Assembly (NCBI GenBank): GCA_016180645.1
Contig: JACPAV010000031.1
Span: 1-37,435 of the forward strand
Source: Nitrospirota bacterium
GTDB taxonomy: Bacteria; JACPQY01
Length of the DNA: 37,435 nucleotides
Direction of reading: 5' to 3'
Shown one piece after another: positions 8,779-16,836 of this stretch. The notes under the pieces are model-generated. The model was not told the DNA's origin, ran no database searches, and was given only the letters and a program-made list of their open reading frames with translations. The first letter of the stretch is position 1; each line of letters begins with the position of its first letter. The position numbers and the translations under genes are program-made.

Positions 8779-9750
8779 ATGCAGGATCCTGGAAAAAGAC
8801 TCCTTCTCGTGGAGGAAGATCCGGTCTATGGAAAAGACCTCGTCGAGGTCCTCGAACACGACGGCTGGCGCGTGGATTGGGCGAAGAGCGCGAAGGAGGG
8901 CATCTCCGCGTCGTTGGACGGCCTCGCGCTGGTCATCGTCGATGCCAGCACGGAGGACTTCTTCACGCTGGAGCTCGTTCACACCCTCTCACAGCAGCGG
9001 CACGTCCCGCTCGTCACCATCTGTTCACGGTCGGATATGGAGTTCACCGACCGGTTCCTCCAGGACGGCGCGGTGGACGTCATCATCCGTGAAGACGTGC
9101 CGGTGACTGCCTTCCCACTCATGCTCATTCGGAGCCTGTTTCTTCACACACAGGACGACGAACAGAAACGGCTGACGGACCGCCTCCAGGGTCGCTACTG
9201 GCTTAAGGACGAAGGTGAGGCGCGCGACGCCTCCTCCGAGCTGTATACCCAGGCCTACATGGTCGAGCTGCTGCAATTGGAAATCGCCCACGCCCGGGCG
9301 GATCGCATTCCCGTGGCCGTCCTCCTGCTCTCGGTGGACCAACTGGCCCATCTTCCGGCGGGGGACTCCGGCCCAAAGAACACGGAGCTGTATCGCCAGG
9401 TCGGCCGGTTTCTACGAACCCAACTTCGCACGATGGATCTCCTGGGACGGTACGGGGCGGAGGAGTTTCTGGCGATCCTGCCGGGAGCCGATGTGGAGGG
9501 CGCGGAAGGGGCGGCCCATCGGCTGGTGGAAAAGTGCGGCAAGGAAACGATCGCCGACGATCAGCCTCAGGCCGTCACCCTGAGTTGCGGCGTAGCCGTT
9601 TACGACCCCCACACGGCCCCCACCGGAGAAGGGGGGAAGACGGACTGGTCCACGCTTATCGAGAGGGCGGAGAAAAGTCTGCACTCTGCGAAGAAGTCGG
9701 GGGGCAGCCAGGCGGGTACAGCGGCGGCTATCGAGGCCGAACCTCGATAG
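8779..9750 (+). CDS. Response regulator with REC and degenerate GGDEF domains
   Basis: LLLVEED/LVIVD receiver; RTMD I-site followed by RYGAEEF; VTLSCGVA, LIERAEKSLHSAK. Confidence 0.88.
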   Translation: MQDPGKRLLLVEEDPVYGKDLVEVLEHDGWRVDWAKSAKEGISASLDGLALVIVDASTEDFFTLELVHTLSQQRHVPLVTICSRSDMEFTDRFLQDGAVDVIIREDVPVTAFPLMLIRSLFLHTQDDEQKRLTDRLQGRYWLKDEGEARDASSELYTQAYMVELLQLEIAHARADRIPVAVLLLSVDQLAHLPAGDSGPKNTELYRQVGRFLRTQLRTMDLLGRYGAEEFLAILPGADVEGAEGAAHRLVEKCGKETIADDQPQAVTLSCGVAVYDPHTAPTGEGGKTDWSTLIERAEKSLHSAKKSGGSQAGTAAAIEAEPR

Positions 9751-9755
9751 CCGCC
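9723..9755. terminator. Perfect 14-bp hairpin at the convergent gene ends
   Basis: GGCGGCTATCGAGG-ccgaa-CCTCGATAGCCGCC; no U-tract, so terminator function is uncertain. Confidence 0.45.
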
Positions 9756-10678
9756 ATGTGCCGGAGTTCCGGCGGAAGGGCAAACTCGATGCTCTCTTCG
9801 GCGGTCCGGATCTCGCGGATGGAGATTGCCCCCAGCTCTTTCAGGCGCTCGATGACTTTTCGCACGAGATCCTCAGGCGCAGACGCCCCGGCTGTTACGC
9901 CTACGCACTCGGCGCCCGCCAACCACTCGCCTCGTATATCGTCCGCATTCTGAATCAGGTGCGCGCGGGCTCCCCTCGCCACCGCCACCTCCACCAGCCG
10001 GTTGGAGTTGGAGCTCTCCGGGGAGCCGACCACGAGAACGACCCGGGCTTCTTCGCACAGCTCTTTCACGGCGTTCTGCCGGTTTTGTGTCGCGTAGCAG
10101 ATGTCGTCCTTTTTCGGCTCCCGCAGGCCCGGAAACCGCCGGCGAAGCACCTCCACGATCTCTTTCGTATCGTCCACGCTGAGCGTGGTCTGAGTTACGC
10201 AGGCCACGCGGTCGGGATCGGGGACGCGCACCTCCTGCGCCTCCCTCACGGTTCCGATGACCTCGATGGCATCCGGCGCCTCGCCCAGTGTTCCCTCCAC
10301 CTCCACATGAGTGCGATGGCCGATGAGCAGCACCCGGTAGCCCGAGCGCGCCAGACGAACGGCCTCGATGTGAACTTTCGTGACGAGCGGGCATGTGGCA
10401 TCGATGGTCCGGAGATTCCGCCTGCGGGCCTCGTCCCGCACTGCGGGCGAGACACCGTGGGCGCTGAAGATCAGGATCGAGCGTTCGGGAACCTGGGCCA
10501 GGTCATCCACAAACCGGGCGCCCATTTCCCGCAGGCGGTTGACGACATGATTGTTGTGCACGATTTCATGGCGCACGTAGACCGGCGGTCCGAACGCATC
10601 CAAGGCCAGTTCCACGATCTCGATGGCACGGTCCACTCCCGCGCAGAAACCGCGAGGTTGAGCGAGGAAGACATCCAC
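9728..10678 (-). CDS. ispH: 4-hydroxy-3-methylbut-2-enyl diphosphate reductase
   Basis: PRGFCAGVDRAI, HEIVHN, SAHG, DATCPLV, ICYATQNRQ, SSNS, TAGASAP. Confidence 0.98.
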   Translation of the reverse strand: MDVFLAQPRGFCAGVDRAIEIVELALDAFGPPVYVRHEIVHNNHVVNRLREMGARFVDDLAQVPERSILIFSAHGVSPAVRDEARRRNLRTIDATCPLVTKVHIEAVRLARSGYRVLLIGHRTHVEVEGTLGEAPDAIEVIGTVREAQEVRVPDPDRVACVTQTTLSVDDTKEIVEVLRRRFPGLREPKKDDICYATQNRQNAVKELCEEARVVLVVGSPESSNSNRLVEVAVARGARAHLIQNADDIRGEWLAGAECVGVTAGASAPEDLVRKVIERLKELGAISIREIRTAEESIEFALPPELRHMAAIEVRPR

Positions 10679-10730
10679 GTCCGTACTCTATCAAAGGCGG
10701 GAAAATGCGGCTACGGCGGTCAGCCGAGCG

Positions 10731-12314
10731 CTATTTCTTGAGCCACTGGCGGAGGATCTCCGCGGCCATGCGGGGATCCTTGCGGGCGAATTCGAGGGCG
10801 CGCTTCAGATAGGCCCCGGCCTCAAGCCGGATCTCCGGCGGGCCGATCGGCTTCTCCTCAAGCTCTTCTTCACCCAACGCCGCCAGCTCGGCCTCGCGTT
10901 TCGCCTCCAACCAGCGGTTGAGATACCTCATGCCGAGGAGGAAGAGCACCGCGAAGGCCACGATGCTGAGTCCGATCAGGCTGTACCGAATCAACATTTC
11001 TTCACGCTCCCGCTGGCGCAGCAGGCGCATTTCGTCTTCCATGGAGCTTACCGCCGCCAGAGGGAAACTCGCAACTTTGACCTCATCCCCCCGCTCCGCC
11101 CGATAGCCCACCGAATTGCGCACGAGCGCTTCATAGGTCAGGAGTTCCTCACCGGTCCGCGCGACGAATTTGCGGACGTCCCGGCCTCCCTCCTTGACCA
11201 TCTGGTACTTGCCATCGACGAGTACGGCCACAGTCAGCCGCGCCACGTCCCCGGTGGGAAGTTGACTCATGGTCACGGTCTTGGTGACCTCGTAGTTCGT
11301 GGCGATCTGTTCCTTGGTGTACTTCTGTTCCGAGGGTTGGACGCCGGGCGGGATCAGATCCGGCGGGATGTTGCTCCGCACGCCGGGGATGCCGACCGGA
11401 ACCTGGGCGCCGCCCTGGAACTTCTCCGTGACCGATTGCTCGCTCCGGGTGGCGATTCGGTTGGGATCCCAGTCCTCCTTCTTCTGCTCCGTTCGCGTCC
11501 AATCCAGTTCGGCGGTGACTTTGGCCACCACGCGCTGGGGGCCGACGACCGGCTCGAGTATGCTGACGATCTTCTTCTCGTACTCTTTTTCCAGCCACTG
11601 CTGCCGCTCGATCTGTGTGGAGGTGATGCCGCCGTCGCTTCCCTCGTCGAGCCCTTCGGTGAGAATCCGGCCGTGGTTGTCCACGATCGTCACGTCTTTG
11701 TTTTGCAGCCCTTCGATGCTGGAGGAAACGAGGTGGACGATGCCTTTGACCTGGTGTCTTTTCAGTTCCATGCCGGGCTTGAGAAGGAGCATCACGCTCG
11801 CGCTGGTCTTTTTCTCCTCCCCGATGAAGAGAGATTTTTCCGGCATGCTGAGGTGGACGCGGGCACGCTGGATCTCGCCCATTTTGGAGATCGTCCGTTC
11901 AAGCTCGCCCTGGAGGGCGCGGAGGAGGTTGATGCGCTGCTGGAATTCCGTGAGACCGAAGGCTTTCTGATCGAAAATCTCGTACCCGATCCCGGCCGTG
12001 GGCATGCCTTTGAGGGAGAACGACAGCCGGAGGTCCATCGCCTTGCCCTTGGGAACGGAGATCGCCGTTTCATCGGCGCTGATTTTGTAGGGGATCAATT
12101 GTTCGTCGAGATCCGCCTTGATCTTGGCGAGTTCTTCCTGCTGGAGGTTGCCGTAGAGGAGCTGGTAATCGACCACCGGTTTTCGGGCGGAAAGGACGGT
12201 GATGGTTAGGAGCAAGACCGCCGCGCCGGCGCCGACCAGAATCTGGTACGGGCGGGGCAGCTTGATGAACCGCTCGAAAAGCTGCTTGCCTAGCTGCTGA
12301 AGTCGCTCAAACAC
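10731..12314 (-). CDS. fliF: Flagellar MS-ring protein
   Basis: GYEIFDQKAFGLTEFQQRINLLRALQGELERTI, ARVHL, SASVML, GIPGVRSN, NYEV, RLTVAVLVDG; two TMs. Confidence 0.96.
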   Translation of the reverse strand: MFERLQQLGKQLFERFIKLPRPYQILVGAGAAVLLLTITVLSARKPVVDYQLLYGNLQQEELAKIKADLDEQLIPYKISADETAISVPKGKAMDLRLSFSLKGMPTAGIGYEIFDQKAFGLTEFQQRINLLRALQGELERTISKMGEIQRARVHLSMPEKSLFIGEEKKTSASVMLLLKPGMELKRHQVKGIVHLVSSSIEGLQNKDVTIVDNHGRILTEGLDEGSDGGITSTQIERQQWLEKEYEKKIVSILEPVVGPQRVVAKVTAELDWTRTEQKKEDWDPNRIATRSEQSVTEKFQGGAQVPVGIPGVRSNIPPDLIPPGVQPSEQKYTKEQIATNYEVTKTVTMSQLPTGDVARLTVAVLVDGKYQMVKEGGRDVRKFVARTGEELLTYEALVRNSVGYRAERGDEVKVASFPLAAVSSMEDEMRLLRQREREEMLIRYSLIGLSIVAFAVLFLLGMRYLNRWLEAKREAELAALGEEELEEKPIGPPEIRLEAGAYLKRALEFARKDPRMAAEILRQWLKK

Positions 12315-12329
12315 GAGAGCTCATCACTG

Positions 12330-12452
12330 CGTTCGACGCCACCCATCGTCGGGTCGCGCTCCTTCGCAGGTCCAGGAGGTCCTGGTCCATGAGCCCTCAT
12401 CTTCTCTGCGTGACATCCGTGTCACCTTTCCCCCTGGTTTAATCGCCCCTAC
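12330..12452. repeat. Nested small palindromic elements between fliE and fliF
   Basis: GTGACATCCGTGTCAC hairpin at 12410-12425, CGACG..CGTCG hairpin, CCCCTAC REP remnant. Confidence 0.55.
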
Positions 12453-12458
12453 TGTGGA

Positions 12459-12764
12459 TTAGGCCTGCATGCGGCTGATTTCACGATAGGCTTCAAGGAG
12501 GCGGTTCCGGATCTGCATCATGAGCTTGAAGGAAATGTCCGCCTTCTGAAGCGCGATCATCGTCTCATGCAGGTTTTTGTTCTCCCCCGTCATGAGTTCC
12601 TGGACGGACTTCTGTGCGTCCTGTTGGACCTCGTTGACGGAGGCGACGGCGTCCTTCAGCACTTCGCCGAAAGACTTCGTCGCTTCCCCCGACTTCTTCT
12701 CCGGCTCTTTGAGCGGAGAGGTCAGCGGCTCGAGAATGCTTCGAAGTTTGATTTCGTCAATCAC
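12459..12764 (-). CDS. fliE: Flagellar hook-basal body protein
   Basis: SFGEVLKDAV, LHETMIALQKADISFKLMMQIRNRLLEAYREISRMQ. Confidence 0.97.
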   Translation of the reverse strand: MIDEIKLRSILEPLTSPLKEPEKKSGEATKSFGEVLKDAVASVNEVQQDAQKSVQELMTGENKNLHETMIALQKADISFKLMMQIRNRLLEAYREISRMQA

Positions 12765-12773
12765 GGTGGGTCA

Positions 12774-13256
12774 CTACTGCCCGAGCGCGAGCGTGCGCTG
12801 GGCCATGGTTTTGGCGGCGTTGATCGCCGTCACGTTCGCTTCGTAATTGCGGGTGGCCGCCATGAGGTTGACCATTTCTTCGATGGTGTTGATGTTGGGC
12901 ATCATCACGTAGCCGTCCCGATTGGCATCCGGATGGGAGGGATCGTACACGAGCTTAGGATCTCGCGGATCTTCCACGATGTCAACCACTTCCACTTTCC
13001 GGACCTCATTCCCCCCCAGCGCCGTTCGGAGAGCCTCCTTGAAGGCCTCCGGAGCGGGGATATACGGAAAAACCGGATTGCGCGCGTTCTGGTGAAGCCC
13101 CCCCGAAGCGAACACGACGTCCCGCCGACGGTACGGTCCGCCCTCCACCGTGCGGGTGGTCTGGGCGTTCGCCAGGTTCATCGAGATGACGTTCATCCGC
13201 ACCCTCTGGGCATAGAGCCCCGAGGAGCTGACTTCCATCGCGCTGAATAGATCCAT
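12774..13256 (-). CDS. flgC: Flagellar basal-body rod protein
   Basis: SSGLYAQRVRMNVISMNLANA, GPYRRR, YDPSHPDA, PNIN..EEMVNL...R.YEAN; true start is MDLFSAM. Confidence 0.97.
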   Translation of the reverse strand: MDLFSAMEVSSSGLYAQRVRMNVISMNLANAQTTRTVEGGPYRRRDVVFASGGLHQNARNPVFPYIPAPEAFKEALRTALGGNEVRKVEVVDIVEDPRDPKLVYDPSHPDANRDGYVMMPNINTIEEMVNLMAATRNYEANVTAINAAKTMAQRTLALGQ

Positions 13257-13259
13257 GAT

Positions 13260-13352
13260 CGTTAGGAGTGATGGGTGAGGAGTGATGCGATGGGGAATTC
13301 GCAGAGTCTCATGATTCCGCCCGCATCCCTCATCACGCTTCACCCTTCACGC
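13260..13352. repeat. Inverted heptamer-repeat element between flgB and flgC
   Basis: Minus strand: CGTGAAG GGTGAAG CGTGATG AGGGATG ... TCACTCC TCACCCA TCACTCC. Confidence 0.7.
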
Positions 13353-13355
13353 CTG

Positions 13356-13781
13356 TTATCGTCCGCTTTCCATGATGACGGTGCGAATCGTATTGATGCG
13401 TCCGCGCAGAATTTCGGCTGCCGTTTGGTACATCATCTGGTTCTCGGCCATCCGCGTCATTTCGCGTTCGGCATCCACGCTGTTGTAGTCGTTTCCGGAG
13501 GTCGGCGGCGCTTCCACCAGGTGCTGCGGTTGAACCCCGGCCAGATCGGATTGAAAACCTGAGAAGTGCTTTTGATCCGTCATCTTCATGCGGAGGGTGC
13601 CTTCCTTGCGCATCGCCTCGCGGAGGAGGCCCTCGAAATCGACATGGACCGCCTTGTAATTCGGTGTCTCTGCATTCGCGAGATTGGCGCTGATGAGGTT
13701 GTGCTGGAGCGTGCGGAAGTCCATGACCTTCTGCAAAAGCAGACCGGTCTCTCCCATCAAAGCATCAGCTATACCTGGCAT
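13356..13781 (-). CDS. flgB: Flagellar basal-body rod protein
   Basis: LISANLANAETPNYKAVHVDF, D.NSVDAEREM..MAENQMMY; start at MPGIAD after AAGG. Confidence 0.96.
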   Translation of the reverse strand: MPGIADALMGETGLLLQKVMDFRTLQHNLISANLANAETPNYKAVHVDFEGLLREAMRKEGTLRMKMTDQKHFSGFQSDLAGVQPQHLVEAPPTSGNDYNSVDAEREMTRMAENQMMYQTAAEILRGRINTIRTVIMESGR

Positions 13782-13803
13782 CCTTGGCTCCGTAGGTTTG
13801 ATT

Positions 13804-13819
13804 CGCAATGCACATGCCA
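13804..13819 (-). promoter_or_regulatory. sigma54 -24/-12 promoter of flgB
   Basis: TGGCATGTGCATTGCG matches TGGCAC-N5-TTGC. Confidence 0.85.
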
Positions 13820-13889
13820 GAAGGCCGGTCCGCAAGCATCTGAAAATTCGTCGTTTCCTTGGGCATCCCCTTGCCCGTGGTGTTGGCTG

Positions 13890-13924
13890 GGAAAAAGCTG
13901 CCGGGCATCCGGAAAGTTCTGCCG
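13890..13924 (-). promoter_or_regulatory. Candidate upstream activator sites
   Basis: CGGCAGAACTTTCC and CGGCAGCTTTTTCC, 21 bp apart, 70-105 bp upstream of the sigma54 box. Confidence 0.55.
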
Positions 13925-13937
13925 ATCTTCGAGCAAT

Positions 13938-15302
13938 TTATGAGAGTTCTTCGGGCGCTTCAATTCGATACTCATGCAGCTTGTTTCTTAATGTTCGGAC
14001 GCTGATGCCCAGAATGTTAGCCGCCTTCGTGCGATTGCCCTGGACGGACTGGAGCGTACGAAGGATCAGGTTGCGTTCCACTTGATCGAGCGATTGGCCG
14101 ACGGCCGGCCCCTGTCCTCTGGCTTCCGGAAGCGTGAGGGTTTGGAGTTCATCTTTCAGGTGGTGGAACGTGATCGTCCGATCGTTGCAAAAGAGGACGG
14201 CGCGTTCGATGAGATTTTCCAGTTCGCGCACGTTCCCCCGCCATCGAGCCGAGCGGAACGCTTCCAGAACCGCGGGATCCAGCCCTTCCACCCGACGCCG
14301 GTACTTCTGGTTAAAATGCTTGATGAAATGTTCGCTGAGGATGGGCAGATCGTCCAGGCGATCGCGGAGCGGAGGAAGCGTGAGGGGAATCACGTGAAGG
14401 CGGTAAAAAAGATCTTCCCGGAAGCGACCGGCATGGATTTCTTCTTTCAGGTCCCGGTTGGTCGTGGCGACGACGCGGATGTCCACGGAGAGAGGCGCGC
14501 GCGAGCCCAACCGATCGATCGCCCGTTCCTGGAGCACTCGGAGAAGTTTGGCCTGGAGATGAAGCGGCACCTCGCCGATTTCGTCCAGGAGAAGGGTCCC
14601 CTTGTGGGCCAGTTCGAACTTGCCCTTGCGATCGCGGATGGCGCCGGTGAACGCCCCCTTTTCGTAGCCGAAGAGCTCGCTCTCAAGGAGACCCTCCGGA
14701 AGGGCGGCACAGTTGATGGCCACGAACGGATTCTTTCGGCGGGGGCTGCTCTCGTGGATCGTCCGCGCGAGAAGCTCCTTGCCCGTGCCGCTTTCCCCGA
14801 GGATCAGCACGGTCGCATCACTCTCGCCGGCTTCACGCGCACGGTCGAGAAGGGCCCGCATTCTCGAATTCCGAGTCACGATCTCCGTCGATCGCCGGCC
14901 GTTGGAGGCTTCCCGCGGCTCGGGGCCTCGAGCGGAATCGGTGGGGCCGGTCAGGACCCGGTCCACGACCTTTTCGAGGACGTCGATCGAGAAGGGCTTC
15001 ATGAGGTAGTCGGAGGCGCCGGCCTTCATGGCATCCACGGCGTCCTGCACCGTCGCGTAGGCCGTAAGGAGGACGATCGAGATGTCTTCCCGGCGGCGCC
15101 GCGCTTCGCGGAGGAGGTCCATTCCGGTGATGCCGGGCATTTTCACGTCACTCAAGACGAGGTCGAAGGAATCTTCATCCAGCACTTGCAGCGCCTCGTT
15201 CGCCCCGGAGACGGCCTGAACTTCATGGCCGAGCCGCGAGAGACTCGTCCGTAAGGCCACCAGCATGCCTTCATCGTCGTCCACAACCAGTATTCGAGCC
15301 AT
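13938..15302 (-). CDS. sigma54-dependent response regulator (FlrC/FleR/FlgR-like)
   Basis: [34 protein letters not shown], Fis HTH ending [10 protein letters not shown]. Confidence 0.95.
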   Translation of the reverse strand: MARILVVDDDEGMLVALRTSLSRLGHEVQAVSGANEALQVLDEDSFDLVLSDVKMPGITGMDLLREARRRREDISIVLLTAYATVQDAVDAMKAGASDYLMKPFSIDVLEKVVDRVLTGPTDSARGPEPREASNGRRSTEIVTRNSRMRALLDRAREAGESDATVLILGESGTGKELLARTIHESSPRRKNPFVAINCAALPEGLLESELFGYEKGAFTGAIRDRKGKFELAHKGTLLLDEIGEVPLHLQAKLLRVLQERAIDRLGSRAPLSVDIRVVATTNRDLKEEIHAGRFREDLFYRLHVIPLTLPPLRDRLDDLPILSEHFIKHFNQKYRRRVEGLDPAVLEAFRSARWRGNVRELENLIERAVLFCNDRTITFHHLKDELQTLTLPEARGQGPAVGQSLDQVERNLILRTLQSVQGNRTKAANILGISVRTLRNKLHEYRIEAPEELS

Positions 15303-15304
15303 GG

Positions 15305-16138
15305 TCAGTCCCTCGGCAACACGACGCTGAACGTCGAACCTTGTTCCGGCAGGGACTGGACGTCCACCCGGCCGCGATGGGCTTCCACGATCTCCCGCAC
15401 GATGGCGAGGCCGAGACCCATTCCGCCCTCCTTCGTGGTGAAGAAGGGATCGAAAATTCGCGCCACGGTTTCGGGGGCCATTCCTGCGCCCGTATCCGAG
15501 ATCCGCACCTCCAAATCCTTTCCTGCACCCCCGTTCTTTCCCGGATGGAAGCCCAGCGTCAGCGCCCCCCCCCCCGGCATGGCGTCCAAGGCATTCGTAA
15601 TCAGGTTCATGAAGACCTGACGCAGAAGATCGGGATCGCCCTGGAGGAGCGTCCGATCCGTGGCCTGCTCACGGACCACGTTCACGCCTGTGCGCCGGCT
15701 GAGGATGAGCGAGAAGTCGAGCGCCTCATCCACGATGTCTTTCACATCGCAGGGTCTCACCTTCGGCATGTTGAACCGCGTGTAGAGGAGAAGATTGCTC
15801 ACGATCCGGTTAAGGCTTCTCACCCCGAGGAGAATATGTTCCGCGTTGTTGAGTTTCTCGGGATCCCCTTCGAGGTCTTGTTTCAGCATGGAAGCGAACA
15901 GTTCGATGCTCCCGAGCGGGTTGCGGAGTTCGTGGGCGATGCGCGCCGCCATTTCGCCCATCGAGGCCAGTTTGGTCTTGAGCGCGAGTTCTTCATTCTT
16001 CAGGGCCAGTTCGGCGCGGAGGCTCGCCACCTGCCCCGTCAGATCGTGGTAGGCCCTTTCCAGCCCCTGGCTGGCCTCGCTCCAGGCGCGGAAGAACTCG
16101 CCGAACTGTTCCTGCGTCTTGGGATCCAATTCGGTCAC
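15305..16138 (-). CDS. Cytoplasmic histidine kinase (FlrB/FleS/FlgS-like) with no sensor domain
   Basis: Coiled coil, AHELRNPLGSIELFASML, NLITNA, DTGAG, FFTTK, GMGLGL; GTG start. Confidence 0.92.
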   Translation of the reverse strand: MTELDPKTQEQFGEFFRAWSEASQGLERAYHDLTGQVASLRAELALKNEELALKTKLASMGEMAARIAHELRNPLGSIELFASMLKQDLEGDPEKLNNAEHILLGVRSLNRIVSNLLLYTRFNMPKVRPCDVKDIVDEALDFSLILSRRTGVNVVREQATDRTLLQGDPDLLRQVFMNLITNALDAMPGGGALTLGFHPGKNGGAGKDLEVRISDTGAGMAPETVARIFDPFFTTKEGGMGLGLAIVREIVEAHRGRVDVQSLPEQGSTFSVVLPRD

Positions 16139-16150
16139 CCCGCACCCCCC

Positions 16151-16197
16151 GGAAGAGATCTCAAATTTGAAATTTGAGATTTCAAATCTCCTCTTCC
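16151..16197. repeat. AT-rich heptamer palindrome
   Basis: GGAAGAG-atc-TCAAATT TGAAATT TGAGATT TCAAATC-tc-CTCTTCC; contains the PilZ stop codon. Confidence 0.75.
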
Positions 16198-16808
16198 CCC
16201 ATCCGGCGCCTGCGGAGGGCGTCGCGCTGCCGTTGGAAAACATATCGGACGAGCAGGTCGCGGTCCTCCTCGATGATGAATGCAAAACGAACGCCGGCGG
16301 CCACCATCGGCGGCTGTTCCGCCGCGAGGTTCACCACGCTGCGCACGTCGCCGAGCGCCGGAATCTCGATGCCGTGCGCGAGCGGAATATCAAGAACGAG
16401 TTTCACTTTGTCCCCCGCCTTGAGTCGGTGCACCGTGTTCAGTTGCACGCCCCCCGCGCTGACGTCGATCGTCCGGGCGGGGATGAAGGCCGGCGCGCCC
16501 TGGGCCTGCCGTTCCAGGATCTGGAGCACGCGGTTCATGCGGCCCTGGAGATCGAACATGAGGTGGACGAGGCGCGTGCCGGTGTCGTCCTTCTCTTTTG
16601 ATCCCGCCATGGGCTGCTGCTGCGTGAGCCAGCGATAGTAGGTGTTGAAACTCGACGCGCGGCTCTCGAGCAGTTCCTTCTCGCTTTCGAATTCGCGGGA
16701 CGTCAGCACGTTCATCCGGACGTTCATCACCGCCCGGACCCGCACGTCCCTTCGTTGCCGGATCAGCTCTTCTTCATCCTGACGGATGGCTGCTGATTCC
16801 CCCATCAT
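16182..16808 (-). CDS. PilZ-domain c-di-GMP receptor
   Basis: QRRDVR (RxxxR), DVSAGG (DxSxxG), GVRF, LVRYVFQRQR. Confidence 0.88.
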   Translation of the reverse strand: MMGESAAIRQDEEELIRQRRDVRVRAVMNVRMNVLTSREFESEKELLESRASSFNTYYRWLTQQQPMAGSKEKDDTGTRLVHLMFDLQGRMNRVLQILERQAQGAPAFIPARTIDVSAGGVQLNTVHRLKAGDKVKLVLDIPLAHGIEIPALGDVRSVVNLAAEQPPMVAAGVRFAFIIEEDRDLLVRYVFQRQRDALRRRRMGEEEI

Positions 16809-16836
16809 GTTTCACCTCCGGGCCTCCTGCCCTTTG

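Noticed and set aside
12400-12455. c-di-GMP-I riboswitch upstream of fliF (AAAC..GAAA..ACGCA)
   Set aside because: The stem around GAAA does not pair; nested palindromes explain it better
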